Shown in pieces: positions 17,048 through 27,553 of a stretch of 28,956 nt of DNA. Each line of letters begins with the position of its first letter. Positions within the stretch are counted from its first letter, which is position 1. The position numbers and the translations under genes were made by a program. The notes under the pieces are model-generated. The model was not told the origin of the DNA and ran no database searches. It saw nothing but the letters and a program-made list of their open reading frames with translations. The DNA is from an uncultured bacterium. Its GTDB lineage: Bacteria; Eisenbacteria; RBG-16-71-46; JABDJR01. Location of the stretch: positions 1 to 28,956 of the forward strand of contig CAZWKH010000001.1 of assembly GCA_964633885.1 (NCBI GenBank), given 5' to 3'.

Positions 17048-17663
17048 GCCGAAGAGCACCCAGGGCAAGCGCTACGGCGGGCCCCAGACTCCGGCGGGGC
17101 TCTCGCCCTACGGGATCCGGGGCAAGGCGGAAGCCGAGGCCGGGGCGGCGGAGCCGCCCCGCAGCTCCTCTCGCACCGATCTCGAGTACGCCGAGCGCAG
17201 CGCGCTCGCCCTGCGCGAGCAGTTCGGGCCGGAGCTCCTCCAGATCATCCACTTCCGGGGCGAGTGGACGGCGGTTCTGAAGCCGGAGCGGGTCCTCGAG
17301 TTCATGCGGTTCCTCCGCGACACCTGGGGTTACCGGATGTGTCACGACGTGACCTCGGTGGACCTCTACCCCGAGGAGCCGCGGTTCATGGTGGTCTACC
17401 ACCTGCTCAACCTGGACCAGTCGGTGCGTTTCCGCGTGAAGTGCCCTCTGGCCGGGGAGACTCCCGAGATCGACTCGGTGGTGCCGCTCTGGCCGGGCGC
17501 CGACTACGCCGAGCGCGAGGTGTTCGATCTCATGGGGATCCGCTTCCGCGGCCACCCCGATCTCAGGCGGATCCTGATGCCGGACGACTACCCGCATCAC
17601 CCGCTGCGCAAGGACTTCCCGCTGACCGGGTTCCCGGTCGGCATCGACGCCCTCAAGGACTGA
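17037..17663 (+). CDS. nuoC: NADH-quinone oxidoreductase subunit C (stand-alone, not a C/D fusion)
   Basis: DVTSVD...RFMVVYHLL, WPGADYAEREVFDLMGIRFRGHPDLRRILMPDDYPHHPLRKDFPL. ATG 17037 overlaps the end of nuoA. Confidence 0.95.
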   Translation: MKPEPKSTQGKRYGGPQTPAGLSPYGIRGKAEAEAGAAEPPRSSSRTDLEYAERSALALREQFGPELLQIIHFRGEWTAVLKPERVLEFMRFLRDTWGYRMCHDVTSVDLYPEEPRFMVVYHLLNLDQSVRFRVKCPLAGETPEIDSVVPLWPGADYAEREVFDLMGIRFRGHPDLRRILMPDDYPHHPLRKDFPLTGFPVGIDALKD

Positions 17664-17742
17664 GGGCACCCATCGCGCCCTGAAGCCGCCCCGCGTCGCG
17701 CCGCCCGGACGGGGGATCTCGCGGGCACGACGAAGAGGAACC

Positions 17743-18402
17743 ATGTCAAAGCTCTCGGCAGAAACCCAGGAGAAGATTCGCGCTCTCCGGGAACGCTATC
17801 CCCAGCGCCGTTCGGCGGTCATGCCCGCGCTGCACTACGCGCAGGCGGACGCCGGCCATCTCGACGAGGAGACGCTCGTTCTGGTGGCGGAGCTCCTCGA
17901 GCTTCCCCCCAACATGACCACCGAGGTGGTGGGCTTCTACACCATGTTCGACCGCGTGCCGCGGGGGCGCTACAAGATCGAGGTCTGCCGCAACCTCTCC
18001 TGCGCCCTGAAGGGGGCGCAGAAGATGGTGGACCACCTCGAGCGCACCCTCGGGATCAAGGTGGGAGAGACCACCCCCGACGGCAAGTTCACGCTGCTCG
18101 AGGCCGAGTGTCTCGGCGCCTGCGGCTACGCGCCGATGATGCAGATCGGCCCCTACTACTTCGAGAACCTGAGCCGCGCGGATGTGGACGCCATCCTCGA
18201 GGCGCTACGCCGCGACGCGGTGCCGCCGGTCGCCCCCGCGGGCTACCTGGAGATGGACGGGGTCGTGCCGGAGCGGGGGAGCGACGGCCGGGCGATCCCG
18301 ACCGCGAGCGAGGCGATCGCGAAGCATCTGGCGGTGCCGCCGGCTCCCCGGCCGGCCGGCGCCGAGACCGCCCCGGCGGGGACGAAGGAGGAAGGGCAGT
18401 GA
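17743..18402 (+). CDS. nuoE: NADH-quinone oxidoreductase subunit E
   Basis: VVGFYTMF, VCRNLSC and ECLGACGYAPM 2Fe-2S ligands; C-terminal extension. Confidence 0.96.
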   Translation: MSKLSAETQEKIRALRERYPQRRSAVMPALHYAQADAGHLDEETLVLVAELLELPPNMTTEVVGFYTMFDRVPRGRYKIEVCRNLSCALKGAQKMVDHLERTLGIKVGETTPDGKFTLLEAECLGACGYAPMMQIGPYYFENLSRADVDAILEALRRDAVPPVAPAGYLEMDGVVPERGSDGRAIPTASEAIAKHLAVPPAPRPAGAETAPAGTKEEGQ

Positions 18403-19697
18403 GCAAGGGGGCGCTGCGGGTCACCACCGCCAACACCGACAGGCCGCGCTCCTTCACCCTCGCGGTGGCCGAGCAGCATGGGGCCTACCAGGCCCTGCGC
18501 AAGGCGCTCAAGGAGTACAAGCCCGACCAGGTCATCCAGATCGTCAAGGACTCGGGCATCCGCGGGCGCGGCGGCGCGGGATTTCCCGCCGGCGCGAAGT
18601 GGGGGTTCGTGCCCAAGAGCATCCCCAAGCCCCGCTATGTCGCCTGCAACGCCGACGAGAGCGAGCCGGGCACCTTCAAGGACCGGATCATTCTCGAGCG
18701 GGACCCGCACCTCCTGATCGAGGGTATCCTCCTGGCCGCCTACGCCATCGAGAGCCACCAGGCCTTCATCTACATCCGTGGCGAGTACGGGCTCCCCATC
18801 CAGCGGGTCTCCGAAGCGGTGCGCGAGGCCTACGCCGCCGGATACCTGGGGAAGAACATCCTGGGCAGCGGGTGGGACTGCGATCTCGCGGTGACGGCGG
18901 GAGGCGGAGCCTACATCTGCGGCGAGGAAACGGGGCTCCTGGACTCCATCGAGGGCAAGCGCGGGCACCCGCGGCTCAAGCCGCCCTTCCCGGCGGTGGT
19001 CGGCCTCTACGGCGGCCCCACCGTGATCAACAATGTCGAGACCCTCTCCTCGGTGCCCGCCATCGTAATGAAGGGTGGCGCGTGGTTCGCGGGGACGGGC
19101 GCGCCGAACTCCTCGGGGCCGCGCATCTTCAATGTGAGCGGCCATGTGGTGAAGCCGGGACTCTACGAGCTCGAGATGGGGGTCACCCTGCGCGAGCTCA
19201 TCTACGACCACTGCGGGGGGATCCGCGACGGCCGGGCGCTCAAGGCGGTCATCCCCGGCGGCGCCTCGACCTCGTTCCTCACCGCCGACCAGATCGACAC
19301 CCCGCTCGACTTCGACTCGCTGGCCAAGGCGGGGTCGGCCATGGGCTCGACCGCGGTGATGGTCATGGACGAGACCACCTGCATCGTGGGCGCCACGCTC
19401 ATCCTGACCCGGTTCTTCGCCCACGAGTCCTGCGGCCAGTGCACCCCCTGCCGCGAGGGGACGCACTGGGCGGAGCGGATCCTGCACCGGTTCGAGCATG
19501 GCGGGGCCAGGCGGGAGGAGATCGACCTCCTCCTCGACATCTGCAGCGAAATGGGCGGAGGGCGCACGATCTGCGCGCTCGCCGACGGCGCCGTCAACCC
19601 GATCCGGAGCAGCATCGAGAAGTTCCGGAGCGAGTACGAAGCGCATGTGGAGAAGGGTTGCCCCCAAGGGGGCCAGCTTTGCGAGGTGGAGTGGTGA
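18399..19697 (+). CDS. nuoF: NADH-quinone oxidoreductase subunit F
   Basis: SGIRGRGGAGFP, CNADESEPGTFKDR, AYICGEETGLLDSIEGKRGHPR, ESCGQCTPCREG, TICALAD. GTG start overlaps the nuoE stop (GTGA). Confidence 0.97.
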   Translation: MSKGALRVTTANTDRPRSFTLAVAEQHGAYQALRKALKEYKPDQVIQIVKDSGIRGRGGAGFPAGAKWGFVPKSIPKPRYVACNADESEPGTFKDRIILERDPHLLIEGILLAAYAIESHQAFIYIRGEYGLPIQRVSEAVREAYAAGYLGKNILGSGWDCDLAVTAGGGAYICGEETGLLDSIEGKRGHPRLKPPFPAVVGLYGGPTVINNVETLSSVPAIVMKGGAWFAGTGAPNSSGPRIFNVSGHVVKPGLYELEMGVTLRELIYDHCGGIRDGRALKAVIPGGASTSFLTADQIDTPLDFDSLAKAGSAMGSTAVMVMDETTCIVGATLILTRFFAHESCGQCTPCREGTHWAERILHRFEHGGARREEIDLLLDICSEMGGGRTICALADGAVNPIRSSIEKFRSEYEAHVEKGCPQGGQLCEVEW

Positions 19698-20692
19698 CGC
19701 TCGAATGGTGGATTGAGATCCTCGCCAAAGTTCTGGTGATCTTCGTCGTCGTGCTCACCTCGGTCGCCTACCTGACGCTCGTGGAGCGGCGGGTCGTGGC
19801 GCTCATCCAGGCGCGACTCGGTCCCAACCGGGCCGGCCCCCAGGGGCTCTTCCAGCCCTGGGCGGACGCCCTCAAGCTCATGTCCAAGGAGCAGGTGATC
19901 CCGACCCAGGCCGACCGCCTGCTCTTCCTGGCCGCTCCCGTCCTCTCGATGGTGCCCGCGCTCATGGCCTTCGCGGTTATCCCCTTCGGCGAGTCCATCC
20001 ACATCTTCGGCCGCGACGTCACCTTCCGGCTGACCGACGTCAACATCGCCGTGCTCTTCCTGCTCGCGCTGTCGAGCATAGGGGTCTACGGAATCTTCCT
20101 GGGCGGGTGGGCGTCCAACAACAAGTACGCGCTCATGGGCAGCCTCCGGTCCTCGGCCCAGATGATCTCCTACGAGCTCACCATGGGGCTCGTGGTGGTC
20201 TCCATCGTGATGACGGTGGGGTCCTTCAGCCTCGTGCAGATCGTGGCCGCCCAGCACAAGCTGCCGTTCATCCTGACCCAGCCGCTGGCCTTCGTCCTGT
20301 TCCTGATCGCCTCCTTCGCGGAGATCAACCGCGTGCCCTTCGATCTGCCGGAGGCGGAGCCGGAGCTGGTGGCCGGCTACCACACCGAGTACAGCGGCAT
20401 GCGCTTCGCCCTGTACTTCCTGGGCGAGTACGCGAACCTGATCACCATGTCCGCGATGGTCACCGTGCTCTTCCTGGGCGGATGGCTGGTGCCCTGGCCC
20501 AGCCCGCTGTGGCTCTCCCCGTTGTGGTTCTGCATCAAGGTGTTCGTGCTCGTCTTCTTCGCCATCTGGACCCGCGGGACCCTCCCGCGGTTCCGCTTCG
20601 ACCAGCTGATGGCGATCGGCTGGAAGTTCCTGCTTCCGCTGGCCCTGTTCAACGTCTTCGCGACCGGGTTGTTCCTGGCGCTGAAGGGATAG
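19694..20692 (+). CDS. nuoH: NADH-quinone oxidoreductase subunit H
   Basis: VERRVVALIQARLGPNRAG, QPWADALKLMSKE, LRSSAQMISYE, EINRVPFDLPEAEPELVAGYHTEYSG, RFRFDQLM. GTG start overlaps the nuoF stop. Confidence 0.97.
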   Translation: MTLEWWIEILAKVLVIFVVVLTSVAYLTLVERRVVALIQARLGPNRAGPQGLFQPWADALKLMSKEQVIPTQADRLLFLAAPVLSMVPALMAFAVIPFGESIHIFGRDVTFRLTDVNIAVLFLLALSSIGVYGIFLGGWASNNKYALMGSLRSSAQMISYELTMGLVVVSIVMTVGSFSLVQIVAAQHKLPFILTQPLAFVLFLIASFAEINRVPFDLPEAEPELVAGYHTEYSGMRFALYFLGEYANLITMSAMVTVLFLGGWLVPWPSPLWLSPLWFCIKVFVLVFFAIWTRGTLPRFRFDQLMAIGWKFLLPLALFNVFATGLFLALKG

Positions 20693-20777
20693 CCGGCCGC
20701 GGGCCGGCCGCCCCGATGGGGGGCGACGGCGCGGCGGGCACTGGATCCGGCGGCGGGCCGCCGGGTGGGGGTACGAC

Positions 20778-21326
20778 GTGGCTCTAGTCGGTTTCATCCT
20801 GATGGCCGTCATGGCCGTCGCGTGCGCCCTCGCTGTGGTGTTCCAACGCAACGCGCTCTACAGCGCGCTCAGCCTGGTGGGGGTGTTCGCGGCCACGGCG
20901 GGGATCTACCTGCTGCTCCAGGCGCCGTTCCTGGCCGTCCTGCAGATCATGGTCTACGCCGGCGCCATCATGGTGCTCTTCGTCTTCGTGATCATGCTCC
21001 TCTCGATCAGCTACGCGGAATCCGGCGAGGCGGAGGGCGTTCCTCCCGGCTGGAGGCGCGTGCTGGGGCTGGTGCTGGGAAGCGTCGTCCTCATCCAGCT
21101 GGCGTTCCTGGGGGGGACCCTGGTCCTCAGCGGGGCCACGGGAGATTTCGTGGGTCCCCGGCTGGGGAGCGCCGAGAGCGTGGGGATGACCCTGTACACC
21201 CGGTACATCTATGCGTTCGAGGTGGCCTCGATCCTCCTGCTGGTGGCGATCGTGGGCGCGGTGGCCATCACCCGCCGGCAGGGGCGCGGACTCGGGGGCC
21301 ATGTGGGCGTCGAGGAGGAGTCGTAA
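20778..21326 (+). CDS. nuoJ: NADH-quinone oxidoreductase subunit J
   Basis: APFLAVLQIMVYAGAIMVLFVFVIMLL, FEVASILLLVAIVGAV. Confidence 0.95.
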   Translation: MALVGFILMAVMAVACALAVVFQRNALYSALSLVGVFAATAGIYLLLQAPFLAVLQIMVYAGAIMVLFVFVIMLLSISYAESGEAEGVPPGWRRVLGLVLGSVVLIQLAFLGGTLVLSGATGDFVGPRLGSAESVGMTLYTRYIYAFEVASILLLVAIVGAVAITRRQGRGLGGHVGVEEES

Positions 21327-21631
21327 TGTCCGTGCCCATTGCGTACTACCAGATTCTGGCCGCGGCGCTGTTCGCCATCGGCGTGGCCGGCGTGATCTTC
21401 CGCCGCAACATCCTCGTGATCTTCATGTGCGTGGAGTTGATGTTGAACGCCGCCAACATCTCGCTGGTGGCGTTCGGGCGGGCGCTCAACTCGCCCGACG
21501 GCCAGGTGCTCGTGTTCTTCGCGCTGGCGGTCGCCGCCGCCGAGGTCTCGGTGGGGCTCGCCATCATCATCGACCTCTTCCGCAAGGAGGGGACGGTGGA
21601 CATCAACCAAGTCAGCTTGCTGAAGGGGTAG
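21326..21631 (+). CDS. nuoK: NADH-quinone oxidoreductase subunit K
   Basis: RRNILVIFMCVELMLNAAN, VAAAEVSVGLAII. TAATG overlap with nuoJ. Confidence 0.96.
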   Translation: MSVPIAYYQILAAALFAIGVAGVIFRRNILVIFMCVELMLNAANISLVAFGRALNSPDGQVLVFFALAVAAAEVSVGLAIIIDLFRKEGTVDINQVSLLKG

Positions 21632-21635
21632 GGCG

Positions 21636-23612
21636 GTGTTGAACGCGTTCTGGCTGATTCCGATCCTGCCGCTCCTGGGTTTTGTCATCAACGGCCTGGG
21701 GCTGAAGTGGATGCCCCGCAAGCTCGCCGGCTACCTGGCCTGCGCGTCGGTGGGGGCCGCCTTCCTCATCGCCGCCGGGGCCTTCCTGGAGCTGCGCGGG
21801 CTGCCGGTCGAGGACCGCGCGATCACGAAGGTCCTGTTCCCCTGGATCGCCGCCGGCAGCTTCCAGGTGAATGTGGCCTTCCTGTGGGATCCGCTCTCCG
21901 CGGTGATGGCGCTGGTGGTGAGCGGCGTGGGCTTCCTCATCCATGTGTACAGCCTGGGCTACATGGCCCACGACCCCGGCTACAAGCGCTACTTCACCTA
22001 CCTGAACCTGTTCACCTTCGCCATGCTGACCCTGGTCCTGGCCGACAACTTCCTCCTGTTGTTCGTGGGCTGGGAAGGGGTGGGGCTCTGCTCCTACCTT
22101 CTCATCGGGTTCTGGTACACGAAGGACTCCGCCTCCGACGCGGGCAAGAAGGCCTTCATCGTCAACCGCATCGGCGACTTCGGCGTGCTGATCGGCATGT
22201 TCCTCCTGTTCTGGACCCTGGGGTCGCTGACCTTCGCCGAGGTCTTCCACAAGGCGCCCCTCGTCTACACCGCCGGCACGGCCCTGCCCACCGCGATCGC
22301 GCTTCTCTTCTTCCTGGGCGCGACCGGCAAGTCGGCCCAGATCCCGCTCTTCGTCTGGCTCCCGGACGCCATGGAGGGCCCGACGCCGGTGTCCGCCCTC
22401 ATCCACGCCGCCACCATGGTGACCGCGGGCGTCTACCTGTTCGTGCGGGCCTCGGGCCTCTTCGCCCTGGCCCCCGAGGCGCTCGCCGTGGTGGCCGTGA
22501 TCGGCGCCCTGACGGCCATCTTCGCGGCGACGATCGGCCTGGTGCAGACCGACATCAAGCGCGTTCTGGCCTACTCGACGGTCTCGCAGCTCGGGTACAT
22601 GTTCCTGGCCGTGGGCGCGGGCGCGTTCGTGGCCGCGATCTTCCACCTCATGACCCACGCCTTCTTCAAGGCGCTCCTCTTCCTGGGGTCGGGCTCGGTC
22701 ATCGAGGCCTGCCACCACGAGCAGGACATGCGCAAGATGGGCGGTCTGGGCAAGAAGCTTCCCGTCACGCGGAACACCTTCATCGTCGGCTCGCTGGCGC
22801 TGGCCGGGGTGCCGATCTTCGCCGGGTTCTTCTCCAAGGACGAGATCCTCTACAACACCTTCACCTCCACCGGCCTCGGCGGGCTGGGGAAGGTCCTGTG
22901 GGTGGTGGGCGCAGCGGCGGCCCTCTTGACCGCCTTCTACATCACCCGCGCAGTGGCCTTGACCTTCTACGGTGAGCCTCGCGACCGGCATGTCTTCGAG
23001 CACGCCAAGGAGTCGCCCCGGGTGATGACGGTCCCGCTGGTGATCCTGGCCGTGCTGTCCACGGTGGGCGGGTTCCTGGGGCTGCCGCTCCTGGCCGGGG
23101 CCAACGCGATGCACAACTGGCTGGGGCCGCTGGTGGGCGCCCACGGCGCGCATGGTGCCGGCCACGGGGAGGGCGCCGCCGAGGCGGCGGCCGCGGCCCA
23201 TGGAGGCGGCCATTCCATGGGCCTCGAGCTGGGTCTGATGGCTTTCTCGGTGGCCATCGCCGTGCTGGGCGTCTGGTTCGGCTGGCAGACCTACATCGTT
23301 AAGCCGGGCCGGGCCAAGGCCATGGGCGCGCGCTTCGCCGGCGCCTACAAGGTGCTCTGGAACAAGTACTACGTGGATGAGATCTACGCCGCCGCCGTGG
23401 TGCGGCCGCTGGTGGGATTCTCGAACTTCCTGTGGAAGATCGTCGATGTGGAGTTCGTCGACGGCGCGGTGAACGGGGCCGGCCGGGTGGTGCGCGGGAT
23501 CGGCGGGTTCCTCCGGCCGATTCAGACCGGGATCACAGGCACCTACGCGGCCGCGATCACCGTGGGGGCCATCCTGATCATGGGCTACATGCTGCTGGGA
23601 GGGGGTCGCTGA
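21636..23612 (+). CDS. nuoL: NADH-quinone oxidoreductase subunit L
   Basis: [82 protein letters not shown]. Confidence 0.97.
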   Translation: MLNAFWLIPILPLLGFVINGLGLKWMPRKLAGYLACASVGAAFLIAAGAFLELRGLPVEDRAITKVLFPWIAAGSFQVNVAFLWDPLSAVMALVVSGVGFLIHVYSLGYMAHDPGYKRYFTYLNLFTFAMLTLVLADNFLLLFVGWEGVGLCSYLLIGFWYTKDSASDAGKKAFIVNRIGDFGVLIGMFLLFWTLGSLTFAEVFHKAPLVYTAGTALPTAIALLFFLGATGKSAQIPLFVWLPDAMEGPTPVSALIHAATMVTAGVYLFVRASGLFALAPEALAVVAVIGALTAIFAATIGLVQTDIKRVLAYSTVSQLGYMFLAVGAGAFVAAIFHLMTHAFFKALLFLGSGSVIEACHHEQDMRKMGGLGKKLPVTRNTFIVGSLALAGVPIFAGFFSKDEILYNTFTSTGLGGLGKVLWVVGAAAALLTAFYITRAVALTFYGEPRDRHVFEHAKESPRVMTVPLVILAVLSTVGGFLGLPLLAGANAMHNWLGPLVGAHGAHGAGHGEGAAEAAAAAHGGGHSMGLELGLMAFSVAIAVLGVWFGWQTYIVKPGRAKAMGARFAGAYKVLWNKYYVDEIYAAAVVRPLVGFSNFLWKIVDVEFVDGAVNGAGRVVRGIGGFLRPIQTGITGTYAAAITVGAILIMGYMLLGGGR

Positions 23613-25189
23613 TGCCGGTCCTGTCCACCATCATCTTCCTCCCCCTTCTGGGCGCGCTGCTCCTGTGGTTCGTGCCCATGCCGGCCAAGGGCCATCGCAT
23701 CTTTTCGTTCCTGATCGCCGTGGTGACCTTTGCCGTCTCGCTGGCGCTGTGGTTCGGCTTCGACCGGGGCACCGCGGAGTACCAGTTCGTGGAGAACATC
23801 CCCTGGATCGACGCCCTGGGGGTGAGCTACCACCTCGGGGTGGACGGGATCAGCCTGCTCCTCGTGCTGTTGACGACGCTGCTGAGCGCCATCGCGATCC
23901 TCGCCTCCTTCAGCGCGGTCACCGACCGGACCCGGGGCTACTACGCCTTCCTGCTCGTCCTGGAGACCGGGATGCTGGGCGTGTTCTGCGCCCTCGACCT
24001 GTTCCTCTTCTATGTGTTCTGGGAGGCCATGCTCATCCCGATGTACTTCCTCATCGGGGTCTGGGGCGGCGAGCGGCGCATCTACGCCGCGGTGAAGTTC
24101 TTCCTCTACACCATGTTCGGCAGCCTGCTCATGCTGGTGGCCATCATCTTCCTGGCCCTGGCCTACAAGGCGCAGACGGGGGTCCTGACCTTCGACCTGG
24201 CCACTCTCTACGGGACGCAACTCACCTTCGCCCAGGAAGTCTGGCTCTTCAGCGCCTTCGCGCTGGCCTTCGCGATCAAGGTGCCCCTCTTCCCGTTCCA
24301 CACCTGGCTGCCGGACGCCCATGTCGAGGCCCCCACCGCCGGCTCGGTGATCCTGGCCGGGGTGCTGCTGAAGATGGGGACCTACGGCTTCGTGCGGTTC
24401 TGCCTGCCGCTCTTCCCGGCGGCGACGGCGGCGGCGATCCCCTGGGTCCTGGCGCTGTCCGTGATCGGCATCATCTACGGGGCGCTGGTGGCGATGGTGC
24501 AGCCCGACCTGAAGAAGCTGGTGGCCTACAGCTCGGTCAGCCACCTGGGCTTCGTCATGCTGGGCATCTTCGCTCTGAACATGCAGGGGATGAAGGGCGC
24601 GCTGCTGCAGATGATCAACCACGGGATCTCGACCGGCGCCCTCTTCCTCATCGTGGGCATGATCTACGAGCGGCGGCACACGCGGCTCATCGAGCGCTTC
24701 GGCGGGATCACCGCCGTGATGCCGCTCTTCGCGGCCTGCTTCATGATCGTGACCCTCTCCTCGATCGGGCTGCCCGGCACCAACGGATTCGTGGGCGAGT
24801 TCCTGGTGCTGCTGGGGGCCTTCGAGTCCCACAAGGTGGCCGCCGTGCTCGCCGCCAGCGGCGTCATCCTCGCCGCCGCCTACATGCTCTGGATGTTCCA
24901 GCGCGTCATGTTCGGGAAGATCCACCACGAGGAGAACAAGGGGCTCAAGGACCTGAACGGCCGCGAATTCGCCACCCTGCTGCCGCTGCTCGTCCTGATC
25001 TTCTGGATCGGCATCTATCCCAAGCCGTTCCTCGACACGATGGAGGCCTCGGTGGTGCATGTGCTGGATCAGGCGGGGGCGCCGGTGACGGAGCCCGCCC
25101 CGGACGGGGGCGAGCACTCGACGCTCCTGGACGGCGGAGCGCGGATGGATGTGGCGCCGCCGGCGGCCGACGCACAGGGGGTGAAGTGA
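23612..25189 (+). CDS. nuoM: NADH-quinone oxidoreductase subunit M
   Basis: [61 protein letters not shown] overlap with nuoL. Confidence 0.97.
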   Translation: MPVLSTIIFLPLLGALLLWFVPMPAKGHRIFSFLIAVVTFAVSLALWFGFDRGTAEYQFVENIPWIDALGVSYHLGVDGISLLLVLLTTLLSAIAILASFSAVTDRTRGYYAFLLVLETGMLGVFCALDLFLFYVFWEAMLIPMYFLIGVWGGERRIYAAVKFFLYTMFGSLLMLVAIIFLALAYKAQTGVLTFDLATLYGTQLTFAQEVWLFSAFALAFAIKVPLFPFHTWLPDAHVEAPTAGSVILAGVLLKMGTYGFVRFCLPLFPAATAAAIPWVLALSVIGIIYGALVAMVQPDLKKLVAYSSVSHLGFVMLGIFALNMQGMKGALLQMINHGISTGALFLIVGMIYERRHTRLIERFGGITAVMPLFAACFMIVTLSSIGLPGTNGFVGEFLVLLGAFESHKVAAVLAASGVILAAAYMLWMFQRVMFGKIHHEENKGLKDLNGREFATLLPLLVLIFWIGIYPKPFLDTMEASVVHVLDQAGAPVTEPAPDGGEHSTLLDGGARMDVAPPAADAQGVK

Positions 25190-26634
25190 TGCCCGGGGTC
25201 TCGATCAACTGGATGGCCATCCTGCCGCAGATCATCCTGGCCGGGGTGGGGTGCGTCGCGCTGCTCATCTCCGCCGGACGGCGCGGGCGCGCGGGGGGCG
25301 GGGTGCTGGGCCTGTGCGCGCTCGGCGCGCTCACCGCCATGGTCGCCGCGGCCACCGTTCCCTCGGGGCCGCCCGCCTTCGCCGGCTCGGTCGCCGTGGA
25401 CGGCATCAGCAAGCTCGTCGGCATGCTCCTGGCCTTCAGCGCGTTCCTGACCCTGCTCATCACTTCCGGTTATGCCCGCCGCTGGGAGGTGGACAGCGGC
25501 GAGTACTACGCGCTCATCCTGTTCTCCACCAGCGGCATGATGGCCATGGCCGCCGGGCTCGACCTGGTCACCATCTTCATCGGGCTCGAGGTGGCCTCCA
25601 TCTCGCAGTACATCCTGGCCTCCTTCCGCTGGCGCCAGGTGCGCAGCACCGAGGCGAGCGTCAAGTACCTGCTGCTCGGCGCGTTCGCGAGCGGGTTCCT
25701 GCTCTACGGCATCGCCCTGGTCTACGGGGCGACCGGCACCACCCACCTCAGCGAGATCGCGACGCAACTGGCCGCAGCCGGCGTGGCGGAGAATCCGCTG
25801 CTCCTGGTCGGGATCGGTTTCCTGCTGGTGGGGTTGGGGTTCAAGGTGGCGGCGGTGCCCTTCCACATGTGGACGCCGGATGTCTACCAGGGCGCGCCGA
25901 CGGTGGTGACCGCGTTCATGGCCGCCGCGCCCAAGGTGGCCGTGTTCGCCGCGCTTCTGCGCCTGCTCGGCGTGAGCTTCGACGCGGCCCGGCCCGGGTG
26001 GACGCCGCTTCTGTGGTGGATGGCCGCGCTGACCATGGTGATCGGGAACATCCTCGCCCTGGTCCAGAAGGACATGAAGCGGATGCTGGCCTACTCCGCG
26101 ATCGCCCACGCCGGCTATGTGCTCGTCTCCCTGGTGGCGGGGTCGGAGCTGGGCGGGATCGGCACCCTCTACTACCTGGTCGTGTACGCGCTCACCACCC
26201 TGGGTGCCTTCGGCGTGGTGGCCCTGGCCGCCCATGAGACGGAGAAGGGCACCGCGATCGAGAGCTTCGCGGGCCTCGGCTTTACCCGCCCCTGGCTGGG
26301 ACTGGCCATGGCCATCTTCATGTTCTCCCTGGCCGGGATCCCTCCCACCGGCGGCTTCGTGGGCAAGTTCTACATCTTCGGCAGCGCGGTGCAGGAGGGG
26401 CAGGTGCTCCTCGCCGTGATCGGCGTCATGGCTTCGCTCATCTCCGTGTACTACTACCTGCGGGTCGTGGTGCTCATGTACATGCGTCCGGCGCCGGCCG
26501 GGGAGCCGACCCTGGTGCGCGCCAACCTCGCCATCGCCACCGCGCTGGTGCTGGCGGTGCTGGGGATCCTCTTCTTCGGGGTGGTCCCGGGACCGCTCTA
26601 CGCCGCCGCGCGCGCCGCCATCGGAGGGATGTAG
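25189..26634 (+). CDS. nuoN: NADH-quinone oxidoreductase subunit N
   Basis: [75 protein letters not shown] overlap with nuoM. Confidence 0.97.
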   Translation: MPGVSINWMAILPQIILAGVGCVALLISAGRRGRAGGGVLGLCALGALTAMVAAATVPSGPPAFAGSVAVDGISKLVGMLLAFSAFLTLLITSGYARRWEVDSGEYYALILFSTSGMMAMAAGLDLVTIFIGLEVASISQYILASFRWRQVRSTEASVKYLLLGAFASGFLLYGIALVYGATGTTHLSEIATQLAAAGVAENPLLLVGIGFLLVGLGFKVAAVPFHMWTPDVYQGAPTVVTAFMAAAPKVAVFAALLRLLGVSFDAARPGWTPLLWWMAALTMVIGNILALVQKDMKRMLAYSAIAHAGYVLVSLVAGSELGGIGTLYYLVVYALTTLGAFGVVALAAHETEKGTAIESFAGLGFTRPWLGLAMAIFMFSLAGIPPTGGFVGKFYIFGSAVQEGQVLLAVIGVMASLISVYYYLRVVVLMYMRPAPAGEPTLVRANLAIATALVLAVLGILFFGVVPGPLYAAARAAIGGM

Positions 26635-26644
26635 GTCCGGCGCG

Positions 26645-27547
26645 ATGCTGCGGCTCTTCGTTGACAACCTCCTCCCCGTGATCCTGACCGCGGCGGTGGG
26701 CTACGCCCTCGCCGCGCGGGTGCAGGTGCAGGCGCGCTCCCTGGCGCGGGTGGCGTTCCTCGTCTTCTCCCCCTGCCTCGTCTACCAGATCCTCTTCGAG
26801 AGCCGGCTCCCGATCGGGGACATGGCGCGGATGGCCGGGTTCTCCTTCACCGTCCTGCTCCTCCTGGGTGGCGTGGCGTTCCTCGTCGCGCGGGCCATGC
26901 ACCTGCCGCGGACCCTCACCGCGGCGGCCGTGCTGGTGGTGCTCCTGCCCAACGCGGGGAACATCGGGCTGTCCGTCAACTACTTCGCCTTCGGCGACCC
27001 CGGGCTCACCCAGGCCAGCCTTTTCTTCGTCTCCTCCTCGGTGCTCACCTACACGGTGGGGGTGTTCATCGCGTCGCTGGGGAAGTCCGGGGTGCGCGCC
27101 GCCCTGTTCGGGCTGCCCAGGGTGCCCACCGTCTGGGCGGTGACGGCGGCGCTCCTCATGTCCCACCAGGGTTGGGAGTTCCCCTTCCCCCTCGCGCGCA
27201 GCATCAAGCTCCTCTCCGAGGCCTGCATTCCGGTGTTCCTGGTGATCCTGGGGATCGAGCTTCAGGGAGTGCGCTGGGCGGGACGGGCGCGGCCGCTCCT
27301 GGCCGCTACGGCGCTGCGGCTCGTGGGGGGGGCCGTCATGGCGATCCTCGTGGCCCGCGTCTTCGGACTGGAGGGTCCGGCGCGCCAGGCGGGCATCCTC
27401 GAAGCCGCCATGCCCTCGGCGGTGGTCACGATCATCCTCGCCTCCGAGTACGAGGTGGAGTCCTCCTTCGTGACCTCCGTGGTGTTCCTGACCACGCTCC
27501 TCTGCCCCTTCACCCTGACGCCGCTCCTCGCGCTCCTGGGGGCGTGA
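26645..27547 (+). CDS. AEC-family (auxin efflux carrier / malate permease-like) transporter
   Basis: About ten TM helices with the repeated signature PNAGNIGL and AAMPSAV; ACIPVFLVILG. Confidence 0.9.
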   Translation: MLRLFVDNLLPVILTAAVGYALAARVQVQARSLARVAFLVFSPCLVYQILFESRLPIGDMARMAGFSFTVLLLLGGVAFLVARAMHLPRTLTAAAVLVVLLPNAGNIGLSVNYFAFGDPGLTQASLFFVSSSVLTYTVGVFIASLGKSGVRAALFGLPRVPTVWAVTAALLMSHQGWEFPFPLARSIKLLSEACIPVFLVILGIELQGVRWAGRARPLLAATALRLVGGAVMAILVARVFGLEGPARQAGILEAAMPSAVVTIILASEYEVESSFVTSVVFLTTLLCPFTLTPLLALLGA

Positions 27548-27553
27548 GGGGGG

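Noticed and set aside
23130-23220. His/Gly/Ala-rich stretch in NuoL ([26 protein letters not shown])
   Set aside because: His-rich low-complexity loops at this position are common in bacterial NuoL.
18108-25188. Apparent N-terminal fusions in track ORFs 18108..19697, 18182..20692, 20765..21631, 23432..25189 and 23665..26634
   Set aside because: The extra N-terminal parts are off-frame readings of the preceding nuo gene. The real starts sit at overlapping stop/start junctions (18399, 19694, 21326, 23612, 25189).
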